Notes under the pieces: generated by a model
Told to the model about the DNA's origin: nothing
Database searches by the model: none
The model's input: only the letters and a program-made list of their open reading frames with translations
In this document: positions 50,400-62,760 of the stretch, one piece after another
Numbering within the stretch: position 1 is the first letter of the stretch
Layout of the letters: each line of letters starts with the position of its first letter
Translations under genes and position numbers: made by a program
Source of the DNA: Camelus dromedarius
Lineage: Eukaryota
Assembly (NCBI RefSeq): GCF_036321535.1
Contig: NC_087437.1
Location: 45,012,001-45,076,000, forward strand
DNA length: 64,000 bases
Direction of reading: 5' to 3'

Positions 50400-52010
50400 T
50401 AAAGAAAAACTAATATTAAAGTACAGAAAGAAGCTGATAGATCATAGTGATGATCAAGTACCCCAAAATATACTTAATAGACTCAATGTAATTCAAATAA
50501 AATTCCCTGAAATATTTTTCTAAAATATATATCGCAAAGTAAAGGGCTAAGAATAGCCAAGATATGCTTGAAAAAGAGCAAGAGATGGCTTTCCCTATCA
50601 AGTATCAACAATATCAATATTTATATTCATTAGAGTAAGAAAATGATAGAAAAATAGACCAATGTAATTTATTAGAGTCCTGATATTTGAAAAGGATGGT
50701 TTTCAAATTCCTGGGGATAGCATTAGCTGTTTTGTTAAATGATGCTGAAATAATTAATTGTCCACATGGAGAAGATAAAGAAAATTTAGTGCTTACTTTA
50801 CTCCATATACAAAAATCTATTCTAGATGGAATAAGGATATCAAGATAAAACTTTGAAATACTTAAAATAAATAAATGAAAGAATATCTTTATAACTTTGA
50901 AATTGGAAAGGAATTCCTGAACAACTTATAAAGCAATGTATCCTAAAATTTTGACAAATTTTCTATTTAAAAAGTAAGAACTTTGTTTACTAAAAGACTT
51001 CATTTTAAAAACTGGAATATATTCAATAAAAATTATTACCCAGAATACATAAGGGACTCTTCCAAATCAACATGAAGACAAAAGGAAAAGAGGGTTAAGA
51101 CATGAACACATATTTTGCCAAGAAGAAATATGAATGGTAAGCATAAAAAACATGTTCAACCTCACCCATAATCACAAAAATAAAAATAAAAATGAGATGA
51201 TATATTAATTTTCACCCAATAGGTGAGATTATTTATAGTCTGGCAATAACAACATTTGGAGAGGATTTGATCAATTCTTATGTACTACTGATTGAAATAA
51301 AATTGGTTTAAACCACATGTAAAATATTTTTCATATTAATAAAATATTAAAATTTTATCTTATAAATTAGAATATCTTGATACCATATGAAAAATGGTTC
51401 AATATGTGACATAGAATGTTCACCTCCATTAGAATATAAATTCCATGAGGACTTGGAAACTGTGTGTGTGTTTTCTATTCAAAGAGTACTTAGCAGCTAG
51501 TAGGTGTTCAATAAATATTTGTTAAATGAAAGAAGAATTAGGAAAACCACCAAAATATGTTTTCTCAGAAGAATAAATAAAAGTATGGTGTGTTTAGAAA
51601 ATAGAATATAAAAATAAAAATTAATATACTATAGCTAAATAGTGTTGTGTTCAAAAAGTTTGAATGAAAATAGGTATCAGAAAATTACATATAGTGTATT
51701 ACTTTTATGGAACTAAAAAGCAAGAAAAATAACTTACTTTTAGGGATATAAACATATGATAAGGCTATTTAAAAAATTACAACAGTAGAATTAACATGGA
51801 AGAGGCAGGGCAAAGGGATGGAAAGCAACACTGAAGAGAATGCGTGAATATTTGAAATTCTCCAGTGATTGAGTTGGGGGTGTTTAAAGAAATTATAAAT
51901 GTTACATATTCCTTTGTATATTAATTACAACAGTAGAATAAATTAATATAATTTTAAAAGCAAATGAAGAAAATATTTTTAAAATATATAGATAATCCTA
52001 CACTTTGAAC
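50400..52010 (+). mobile_element. L1ME-like ORF2 C-terminal and 3'UTR remnant, with an L2 tail at about 51425-51535
   Basis: aagaatagccaagata, actccatatacaaaaatctattctagatgga, tcacccaataggtgag and ataaagtatggtgtg follow L1 3' order. The L2 tail reads gtaggtgttcaataaatatttgttaaatgaa. Confidence 0.75.
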
Positions 52011-55000
52011 TTTTAGGTAAAATCTATAAAATATGTTTGAAAATTATAGTGATCTGGCATAGATCTACAGCTTCCCACTAGCTAACTTGGTACATTTTCA
52101 AAAAGTACATACCTTCCAGCTTACTGGATTAATAATTAGAACTTTGTAAATCTTCAGTTTTTTAAAACTAAAATTTAAAAACATTAAGAGTTTAGAGCCC
52201 ACTAATTTGGATTTGGCAATGATTCAGAGTGAATCAGGCTAAAGTTTACCTTTGCATTATTTAAAATGAATAGGCACTTTAAGCAAATTGTGTTAAGATG
52301 GAAAGTTAAAAAAAAAAAGTTTACCTTTTTAATTGTTCAAATTTTTCATGGATATTAAAAATACTGACTTAATGCAATACCATCACTCTTCTAATCACAC
52401 GTGAGGCTTATCTATTCATTTAAGCAGGATCTAAGAACTTTGTTCTTCAAGAGATGATTTTTCTCCAGAAACTAAAATGTATGAAATCCTAACTGTTTAT
52501 AAAATATTTATACAACTTATTTTCCAAAACTATTTTCATGGTTGAAAAATGGGTGCTTTTTACATGTAACTTCCCTTCTAAAAGATTAGTTTAGGAATTA
52601 AAGTATATATATATTCATATATTCTTGGCTACTCAGAAGACAAACAAAAACTTATCCTTGTCCAAAATTCTAAGTCTAGCCTGACTGGGATTCAATATGG
52701 TTTGTGTTGACCTAATCCAAAAATAGCCATAGAAAGGACAACTGGAAATGTTCCAGAAGAGTAAGAATGATAGTAAGAGGAGAGTAATTAGGCTAATATG
52801 TTTAATGTTCTGAGAAGAAAACACATGGAGAAGGATCTCTCTTATTCCCAGGAACATAAGTAGTCTCAATGTAAAAGAATTACTGAGAAATATTGAATAA
52901 TCTAACTCAGTGAAAAAAACATCATTTAAATATAATATGTTAATGCACTTAAAGGACAGAATACTTAATGAAGTGTATTTAGAGTATATTGATTACAGCC
53001 ATAAATTTATATACTTCTTGTGTAGATAAATGTTACCATGATCCATTCAAAATGACGATCTTAGATGGTATTACTCTATGTAGAATGCTGGCAAACTTGA
53101 GTGAAGCTGATTTATTCAAGAGAATTATTCATTTAATTTCTACCATTTAGTATTTATGTTCCCTTTTCATTCATTTATTCATTTCATCTTTATTCATTTA
53201 TGCATTTATCAAATATTCATTTAAATGAGTTTTATTATAACTACAGAAACTGTAGGGTAAGATTTGCAGTAAATTTATTCTTCTAATAGGTTTATTCTTA
53301 CAAAATCCTCTGAGAAGATAAAGGCTTCCTGACCCATTATGTTCACATCTCTTTAAATTTTTTACAACTTTTCCTTTATCCATTTCCTTTCTTAATTTGG
53401 ATGCTTTCCCTGAATTTCATTGAATTCCTGGAATCAACTTTACTAATCCATTTAATATTTGACATACTAAATCTTTTTTATTCAGTGAATATATTATACA
53501 TTACATTATAGATTTTATATGTAGTCGTTGAAGAAACTTTACTGTTCAACAGTCAAGGAAAGTTAGTTCACACTAAGTAATATAACACTTTGAGACTACT
53601 TTAAAACTATTGTTTAAAACTATCCGGACATCACTAACATTGTCCATAGTCACTTGAGATTTTTTTTCTGCTTCATGACTTTTTTTGGGTTGTTATTTCA
53701 GTAAAATTAACTTGCTAATTACAAAAACAAACAAATTAAATTTTACATTGCTAGTGGAACTATTATTATTATCTGTTTAATGATGATTATGTATCTAGTC
53801 TTGCTAGTCCAATGGAGCCGAAAATCCTGCTTTCCTCTGAGCTTTGGCTGGGCCATATGGTGTCCCTTTTCTGCAGATGAGCATTTTCTGACATAAACCA
53901 ACACTAGGGCAGGGACAGAGTCAGAGACAGACAGAGAACGGAGCAAATGTTCTTAACTTTTCATATTTGAATTTGATGCCCAGTTTGTTAAAGGTTATCA
54001 TTGAACAGAAAACTTTTTTCTTTCATCCCCCAGATTTATCATTCCTGTGTTCCTATTCTTTGTATCTACTTCTTCCCACCCTTTTTAGTCTATTTTGGTT
54101 GGGTTATTCACTTTGGCTCCCTTTTGTGGGTTACTGAGTTGGGCTTCTAACCCAGTTTTGGTTTTTCATCCTCTGTTTCATTGTCTCTGAAAACTTGGGG
54201 TCAGAGTCCCTCACTCAGACATTCTAATCTTAGAGAATAATGAGCTGACAGTCTCTTTCCTGCCCAGTCTAATTCTTTCTCCCAACTCCTCTTGTTATAA
54301 TTCTGAAGAATCATGTAATAAAATGTTTGAAATTATTATACGGAATTACTTTCTAATTCAAATTGGTGACCACTGACAGTAAATGAGTTAGCTACCATCC
54401 TAACCCTCACCTCGATTTTGAATATAAGGTAGGAGCACCAATATTTCCTATTTAATTATTAGGCTTCCTTTTAGCTTTAATTTTTTTCCTAAGTATTAGG
54501 CTTCCTGTTAAAGGGTGGGTGGCAGGAAAAAAAAAAGTACAAGACCCGGAGGTAACTGTTGTCATCGTCTTTCCTTTGAGTTTCAATTTTTATTTAGAGT
54601 CAGCATCAAAATGTAAACTCTCCTATGCTAGCGGTGATGAATATGAACATCATGGAGAAAAATGAGTGTCAATATAGTAGTCAGCAAATAAAGAAGTGAA
54701 CGTAAAGTTCCATTTGCTATAAATTGTTCTCCAAAAACGTAATCTGGAATAACATTGCTGAGGAGTGTACAAACAGTGCCAAATCTCACAGAATAAAGAG
54801 AAAAAGGTAAGAATAAAGTCCACCTTACATGTATTCTGGTGATTATCCTAAGTCATATTCAAAACAGGTGTGCTTGGGTGAAAGAAAATGCCCTTAAAAG
54901 TGCATTGCCTATTGTCTGTTTAAATTGCTTTTCCTGAAATCATAACTATGTTCAATCATTTCCTATGGGGATATTTTGAGATTATGGCTCTTGTTATTTT

Positions 55001-55329
55001 TTAATTAAAGTACAGTTTTAGTAACAGGACATGCTATTATAAAAATAATAATGATGATGATGATAATATAAGTAATAAACAGGAGCTTTATTGTGAGTTC
55101 AAATCTTTGTGATGTCAATAGTCAAAGCATAGAGAAAACTTCTGATGAAGGCCATCTCCCCTGGGTGCTGCAGACTGACGAGAACTTTAATTAGCAACAG
55201 AGAGAGCTTGGAGAGATTTGAACAAGCCTCTTGAGGGACTGTGTTTTGCTATTTTCATTTTATCCACAGGAAATCGAACACTACTATAAATTCTCAGGTA
55301 TATATCCCTCATGTTTTATTCTTGCCTCA

Positions 55330-55750
55330 GTTAAAGTCTCTTAAATAAGTTCTTGCTATCTCTCGCTCACCTACTATGGGCCATCTTTCTAATGCATCCT
55401 TCTTCACTTTAAAGATTCTGTTCATTCTTTGTCAGCTATAAATTCCACGCATAGTTCTTAGGACAGCCTTGCACAAGGCACCAGGCCCAGCTCCAGATTT
55501 TTCAGTGTCCTAAACCTATATCCTCTTCTCTCAATGACAGAATCTGAACCAATGACATTCTTAATGTCTTTATACCTGTTGTTCCTTTACCTAGAAGTCC
55601 CCACCCTTCCTTGCCTGGCAAACTCCTCATTCTCTGCAGAAGCTCACTTGTCACCTCTTTCATGAGACTTTCTTTATAGAGTTAGTTCTTAATCACTCCC
55701 TTTTGTGGCCTCAACATAATTTATTCACATCTTTAGTAGTTTTATGTGAT
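55330..55750 (+). mobile_element. L2 fragment
   Basis: ctgttgttcctttacctagaag...cttgcctggcaaactcctcattc...gtcacctctttcatgagactttc. Confidence 0.6.
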
Positions 55751-55754
55751 ATGG

Positions 55755-55915
55755 AGAGGGTACACCGTAGTGGTTAAGAGCATGACTGCCAGAATCTGAC
55801 TATCTGAGTTCAGTCCATGACTCAGCAATTCCCAGAGTAGAACTTTGGGCAAGTTAGGTGAGCTCTCTGGCCTTCAATTTCAGCAACTGTGAAAATGGGG
55901 TAATAATAGTAGGTA
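55755..55915 (+). mobile_element. MIR 5' half (3' half at about 57645-57752)
   Basis: gtagtggttaagagcatgactgccagaatctgac...ttgggcaagtta...ctgtgaaaatggggtaataatagta. Confidence 0.85.
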
Positions 55916-55927
55916 AAGGTGGTTAAA

Positions 55928-57612
55928 TACTTCCTGGTTCAGCTTTGACCTAGAAAGAGCTCAGAGGCCACGCTCCTGTCCTCGCAGTAAGAGAAAGTAA
56001 AACAAACTGAAAAGCAATTACTTTTCTTGGATTCATCATAGAACTGGAGTTGCAGGGCAAACTAGTACACTGAAATCCAGAAGCAGAATCATCAGGTGAG
56101 TCAGAGACCAGAGCTGCTTACCTAGAGCGGAAGTCACTGAATCAATAAACTGGGAGGAACACTTAAATGACTCTTTGGATGAACTGCAAGCGGCTGAGTG
56201 GGGACTAGTGTGAGAATGAGAAACTCCTAGGATCAGCATTTATAGGGGAGGTCCATTCTTTTATAGGCTTTACCTCCAGGTAAAGAATTAAAGGAGCCAA
56301 CTTAAAGAACTCCAAATCCCCAGAACTAGAACATTTGAGCAATGAAATAAACGAGGATCAGATTTTAACCTAAAGTATGAAGTAAACAGCCTAAGTCCAT
56401 AAATGACATAAAAGCATGGCTGAAGAAATAAATAAATGGTGAGATTAGACAAATCTCTTATGTAGAAGAATTCCAAATAATGTATGTAGCTACTCTGACC
56501 TCAAGGAAGTAGAACATAACACCTCACTAATTAAGTGTTAGCTTGCATACTTTCTTCAAAAGGAAACCTGAAAAAAACAGTATCTCAGCCAGGTGCTCAA
56601 GGTTAATATCAACAGTGATAAGTCATTCTGATGTTATGTAGCTTTCATACGATGTAATGAAAACGACACTTCACCTCTGTGATCCTCCTCCCAACAACCC
56701 ATAATCCCAGGTTAATCATGAGGAAAACATCAAAGAGTAGGGCATAAAACAAAATTCCTGACCAGTACTCCTTAAAATTGTCAGGCTCATCTAAAATAAG
56801 GGAAGTCAGAGAAACTGTCAAAGCCAAGAGGACCCTAAGGAGACGTAATAACTAAATGTAGTGTGGTTCCCTGCATAGGCCTTTGGAACTGAAAAAGAAC
56901 ATGAGGTAAAATCTAATGAAATCTGAGTAAAGGATGGATTTTAGTTAATAATAATGTATCAGTATGGGCTCCTTAAGAGTGAGAAATGTGCCGTTCTGTG
57001 ATGGTTAATTCTATGTGGCAATTTGACTGGAACTCAAAGTGCCCAGATATTTGTTTAAACATGATTCTGTGTGGGTCTGTGAGGCTGTTTCTGGATGAGA
57101 TTCACATACAAATCAGTAGACTGAGGAAAGCAGATGGTCCTCCCCAATGCCAGCGGGCCCATCCAACCCATTGGAGGCCTGAATAAAACAAAAGGCAGGA
57201 TAAGGGAGAATTTGCTCTCTCTCTGCCTGACTTTAAAATGGGAACTGGCTCTTTTCCTGCACTAGGACTGGAATCTGCACCACTAGCTCTCGGGGGTGTT
57301 CAGCTTGCAGATGGCAGATCAGGGGACTTCCCAGCCTCTGGAAACCCATGAGCCAAAACTTTATAATAAATACATAGGAAAGGCATGTCATACATATATA
57401 TTTTTATATATAGAATTTATCTATGTTATACACAGGTATGTACCCTATTGGTCTATCTCTCTGGAGAACCCTAAGACATATACTAAAATAAAATGTTAAT
57501 AATAAGATAAATTTGGTGTGAGACATATGAGAACATAGTCCTATATTTACCATTTTTTAAATAAATCTAAGACCATTCTAAAATAAAAAGTGTATTTTTT
57601 TTTTTTAAAAAA
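55928..57612 (+). mobile_element. L1MC1-like element: 5'UTR piece (about 55928-56280) joined directly to 3'UTR (about 56281-57612); interrupted by MLT2D
   Basis: aacaaactgaaaagcaattacttttcttgga...gcagggcaaac...ctgcttacctagagc resembles an L1MC 5' end. gaattccaaataat...ggttaatatcaacagtgataagtca...cctgaccagtactcc...taaggagac resembles the L1MC1 3'UTR. Ends aaaataaaaagtgtatt. Confidence 0.8.
56997..57478 (+). mobile_element. ERVL solo LTR, MLT2D-like
   Basis: tgtgatggttaattctatgtggcaatttgactgg, gatgagattcacat...gaaagcagatggtcctcccca, ends ctggagaaccctaagaca. Confidence 0.9.
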
Positions 57613-57644
57613 AGCTTGAATATTGGTCATTTAGTAATATTAAT

Positions 57645-57752
57645 GATTGACCTAATTCTTCACAGGGTATAAAAAAGAGGTTAATCTGCATAAAACCCTT
57701 AGAACAATGCTGGGAACAAAGTAAAGGTCAATAAATGCTACCAATTATTAAT
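57645..57752 (+). mobile_element. MIR 3' half
   Basis: acctaattcttcacaggg...ttagaacaatgctgggaacaaagtaaaggtcaataaatgctaccaattatta. Confidence 0.75.
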
Positions 57753-59784
57753 GTATCAAGTGTGTTTATTTTATTAGTTTTTCACTATTCTGCAATCCTC
57801 CTATCTCTCTCTCTGAGGCTTATTATTATTTATTTTTATAATCTCTAGAGATCAATTTTATTAGTTCTGTATATGGCAGGCTTTGGAAATTTAATTAGAA
57901 TGACCAGTATAATTTATTCAGTGAGTACTGATGGAAGCAATATTCTGCATTTTATACTATTAAAGAAATAGACAAAGGAATAGAAAATGATTTTAAGAAA
58001 CCTACAACTTACCTGGAGAGATTTAAATTTTTATCATTTATCTTGCTATAGTCTATTTTGAACTAATTTTTACACTGTCTTTTTCCAAAATGGAACAAAC
58101 CTAATAAACATATAAGTTAATGAGGGAATAAACAGAAAGATATGGAAGTAATAATGTGATGTCTATCGTGTAAATAACTCTCCCAATTACACAAACTCCT
58201 GCCAACTAGACATATTTAAGGACTGAGTGATCTGAGGTCACACAGATATAGATTTGATTTCCAGCCTTTGAAAATGTGTGCTTTTAGCAAGTTTCTTAAC
58301 CTGTTTTAGTCTATCCTATTAATAAAGATAAATGTTTGTTTTTTGTTAGGAATAGACTAAGTAGATGAAGGAACTAAAGTAATGTATGTTCAATAGATAA
58401 TGGCTATAATTTACACAATCTCTACAAGGAAAATGTCTTTATATTTGTTCATCTTGAACCTTGGATGTTGCAGAAAAGTATTATCACTGAGTAGATAGAA
58501 TGTTCCTGAGAATGTTCTGTAATGTCTGATTCTGACATTGTATTCAACAAGTAATCCCAAATTGCTTTCTCATTAAGGATTTTTAGTGGTCTTTTCCCTC
58601 CAGCTCCCTTTTTCAAATAGAACTAGAATTTAATTTTGTACCCAGAACAATTCTTAAATCCCTTACATTACTCTTTTTAAACTGTATTTGATGCCTGCAA
58701 TTAAGAATGAAAATCTTAAACCGATTTCTTGAATATGTGTAAGCACATTTGACTGTCCTTTATGATTGGATGACTGCATTCTGTTGATTTTTATTTTATA
58801 GTTGGCTTTATTCCTTTGATAGCTATGTAAGTTAAAAAAGCTAAAGATCTAATCTGGTCTTAGAAATAATTAGTACATATATGAAAACTAAAAAAAAAAA
58901 AAGTACAGTATACTGTATATATGTATTTATATGCAATGCGTATGTGCAGCCAAACTGTAATAATTCTACCTAATAAAACTGAAAAAGGAAAAAAAATTTC
59001 TGTTATTTCAGAAATGTTAATGAAACAATTTATACCAAAAAAAGAAAATGTTCTAAAAATAATGAGTACATGTATTTACGGACTTTTGTTCACTTTCAAT
59101 AGCAATTTCATTTTTCACTAATATACAATTCCTTTGTCAATTTTCTTCACCCCATCTTTGGTGTCTTACTTTTATTGTCACTCTCATTTCTCTTGCATTT
59201 CCCTATTACTGTGTATATGCTAGACTGTCATCTTTCTTTGCCAATTTTGGATATAAGGTGTATCTCCTATCTATTCAGATTTTTTTCCCCACCAATTACT
59301 TCTCTTTTATTTTTCTTTTCATAAACTGTATATTCTTTTCCTCCACATGTTTAATGACATTCTTAGGCATACAAATAATTTTCTGTTTCTATTGGCAGCA
59401 TTCCTGAAAGCAACTTTCAGATTAATCTATTTTTCTGAACCTCTTGCTCATCGTTTTCTTTCAATCTATGCCAATATTGATGATAAAAAGTTCCCCTTAT
59501 AATCTTAGTTGCCACTGAACTTATATCTTTCCCTCTCACCTATTAATTTTTTAGGAAAACTATCATCAAAAACATATTCAATGATAGTATAGAATCATTT
59601 AAAGAAAATAACAGAAAATACTTTGTAATTTCATTTATAGAAGGGTTCTGATATTAAACTAGTACTGACAGCAAGTTTCTACACCCTTCAAAGGTGCAAC
59701 TCCATTTTATTGCATCAATCAGTATCAAATTTTCAGTCCCCGATAGCCCCGTTTCTCACTTTGATGCTGATCACCTACCAGATG

Positions 59785-59787
<3 letters not shown>

Positions 59788-59817
<30 letters not shown>
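59788..59817. repeat. (TA)15 perfect microsatellite at the MER44 end
   Basis: Read directly. Confidence 0.97.
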
Positions 59818-59821
<4 letters not shown>

Positions 59822-60383
59822 CATCGTTTCTCTTTCTGTGGCTTCAGTTACCTGCAGTCAAGTACAGTCTGAAAATATTACATGGAAAATTCTAGACCTA
59901 AACAATTCATAAATTTTAAATTGTGTGCCACACTGTTCTAAGTAGCATGATGAAACCCCCACTGTGCTGTTCTGTCTTGCCTGGGATCCTCAACCATCAA
60001 CATCATCTGCTCCTAACATCCAACCATTAACATCATCATGCTGGGGGAACCAGTATCACCCAAAGCATATGATCCTCTTTCTAATGTGTAGTCGGAAGGT
60101 CAATAGTAACCTCATGCTATGTCACAAATGCCCATGTCTTTCACTTGATTTCAGTTCATCACATAGGCATTTTATCTCATCATGTAGGCATTCAGGTAAG
60201 CGTCTCACATCATCACAGAAAGAAGGGTAAATTATAATAAGATATTTTGAGAGCGATAAAGACTACATTGACATAACTTTTATTATACTGTATTGTTATA
60301 CTTGTTCTATTATTATTACTTTTTATTAGTTATTGTTGTTAATCTTGGAATGTATCCCCTGTGGAAGAAAGGGAAGACTACTG
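59818..60383 (-). mobile_element. MER44 (Tigger7-derived, MER44B/C-like)
   Basis: ttcagttacctgcagtcaa...gaaaatatta...aaacaattcataaattttaaattgtgtgc, gaaggtcaatagtaacct, ends ggaatgtatcccctgtggaagaaagggaagactactg followed by TA. Confidence 0.9.
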
Positions 60384-61279
60384 TAATAAACTGAAGTCTG
60401 TCAAGCCTTTACATTCTTTGGATGAAGCTGAAATATGAATTGAAATAATTATTATTTGCGCTGATGTGGGGATGAAGATTAAAGTGTTAAGACTGTTTCA
60501 TTACATGCTGCTCAGCAGCAGTTACAGGCAGAGTCTTTGCAGAGGGCTCTCTGGTAGCTCAGGTAAGACGGTAAAACTCAACAACAACAGAAACTCCTCC
60601 AGCTCACTTCTAAGCGGAAGGGAAAGTGGCTGCTCTTTCACAGGCTCAAAAGGCACTCATTATGTTGAAAGCACCAATTTAGCACTGAAGACCGCTAATG
60701 GGTGCTACAAGATGAGTCACAATTCATAAGCATTCCTGGCAGAGGGTGGAAGGCTTTATAGCTTGGAGAACAGGGGGCTGTGAGGACTGTGTCTTAATTT
60801 AAGTGGAACTAGCAAAGATTTAACATCATTCCTCTTTTCTTGTCAAAAAGCAAAGTTTTTACTTTTTTCCCTGTGGAGTGCTGTGTGTATGTGTAACTAA
60901 CTCAGCTTGGTGACAACAAAAATTCCAATAGCCTCGTGAATATCCCTGAGGGGGGTCCCTGCCCTGAGGGAGCCGGCACCAATCTGATGTGTGTCATGGA
61001 GTCGAGCCCATCCTGATACGGTGTTGCTGAGGTCTAGTTCCCTGCTGGTCTCACGTGGCTACCCAAACTCCAGGCAAAGTAAACCTAGTCTTTGGTGAAA
61101 AAAATTCTGAGACTCTTTGGAATTCTAAATTGAGGTCTTTTATTTTTCTGTTCTCTTTCTTTTAATTAGAACTTTAAAAAGATTATATTAGCACTTGCCA
61201 TTATGACCAAAAATAAACAAAAAGAGCTATTATTGATTGTCTGCTGTGAGAAGAAAGAGTCCCTTCTTTCTGATGTTTT

Positions 61280-61450
61280 ACCTACATTATTCCATTTATT
61301 CTAGTAGAGGAAGTTGTTATGTTCATTTTACGGATGGGGTAGGTGAGGCTTTCGGTGGTCAACACTGTGACTGAGATCACTTGGCTAGCAAGCAGTGTAG
61401 ACTAGATTTGAAACCAGGTTCCGGATTCTAAAGTTTGCAAATCTTAACAA
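61280..61450 (-). mobile_element. MIR SINE
   Basis: cattttacggatggggtaggtgaggct...agatcacttggctagcaag...gatttgaaaccagg. Confidence 0.75.
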
Positions 61451-61903
61451 GATTGTCACTTTATTATTAAAGTCTAAATTCAGAACAGCTAGGTCTGCTC
61501 AAAAGAACATGGCTCTTAAACTCAAGCCCCTAAAGCACACTGTTTTGTCATTTTCTTTGTGTGCCAAAATGTGGTCTCCCAAGACAAAAGGGAGTCTTTC
61601 CCCTTTCTGATTCTCTTTGCCTGGCAGAAACATCTGCACAGTCTAAGAAGTCAGCATGGTCACTGCCTCACACAGAGCTGTTCGGAGAGGAACTGAGATC
61701 ATTGGGCACATGAGTTTCATTGCTCCTATCAGAGACTGTGTCAGAGTCCTATCAGACACGTGGGTGTGGGGACTCTGGCTCTCCATGATCAGTACCTGAA
61801 ATAGACCAATTCATGTTTAGTGTCTTTCTCGGATAATTAATATTCTGTGTCTATTCTGAGGTAGACTCCGAAAACTAGCACAAACAGAATGTAGTCACTG
61901 TTC

Positions 61904-61927
61904 AAAAAAAAAAAAAAAAAAAAAAAA
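61904..61927 (+). repeat. Pure A24 homopolymer
   Basis: Read directly. Confidence 0.9.
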
Positions 61928-62424
61928 GCCAGCTTCATCCATTTCACCTTTGTAAGCCAGATATGCTTAAGATCCAGTGGAACACCCCCAAATTGTCACT
62001 ACAAATAAAATCTCAAACCATCTATCTTTTTTAGATCCTGCCCCAAACTTTGAGTCAGATTTCTCATCCCTCCCTTTCTCACCTCAGTTTCCTTCTCACT
62101 GAAAGACCATTCGTCCCTTCCTTCCTCTTGCTGCCCCCTTGAGGGAATCCTAACCAGTGGCTCTGCTAGTGATTACTCAATTACTGGATTCACCAGCAGA
62201 GACTAAAGATTTTCTAGAGCAGTAGAAAGAGAACTGGTTAGTTGAAATAAATAGAAACTACTGTAGAGAGGAGGCAACTCATTGCTGGAGCTACCATCAT
62301 CTCAGTATCAAGAATAAAAAGGGCACATCTTTATGGAGAAACTAAACAACACAGGGAAGCTATGAAGTGGGGAACATGTAGAAGGGCCAACATGAGCAAT
62401 GTGTTGAGTGTGATAACACAGTCA

Positions 62425-62650
62425 GGGACAAGCTTGCCTTTGGAGTCAGGAAACCTGGGCTCAAAGCCAGCCCTAACCTTTCTGACTTTATGAGTTTGGA
62501 TATGTTACTGAACATCCATAAGCCTTTGTCTTCTCATTTATAAAATGAGGATGATACTAATGCCTACACCCACAGGTTGTTGTGAGCATTAGATGAGAGA
62601 ATCACCAAGAACAGTGAACACAGTGTGAAGTGCTCAGTAAGCAGCAGTTA
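62425..62650 (+). mobile_element. MIR SINE, near full length
   Basis: ctttggagtcaggaaacctgggctc...tctcatttataaaatgaggatgatactaat...caggttgttgtgagcattagatgag...gtgctcagtaa. Confidence 0.85.
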
Positions 62651-62654
62651 CAGG

Positions 62655-62760
62655 GCATTGATAAAGAATCTCCGTGAGACCAGATGCCCTGTGATTTATT
62701 CATCTTTGTGCCTTGCACACAGTAGGCATTCAGTCAATGTTGGCTTAATGAAGGAACTGT
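62655..62760 (+). mobile_element. L2 3' end
   Basis: ctccgtgagaccag...ttattcatctttgtgcc...gcacacagtaggcattcagtcaatgttg. Confidence 0.7.

Noticed and set aside
58904-58917. Perfect palindrome tacagtatactgta sharing the miR-144/miR-101-like 5' sequence tacagta
   Set aside because: Only 7-8 nt match, no pre-miRNA-length hairpin, and it lies in a TA-rich low-complexity context.
58480-59480. Purine-rich minus strand suggestive of an RTE-X/L4 or other old LINE
   Set aside because: Only weak fragments (e.g. LFEKG); no diagnostic motif, so left unannotated.
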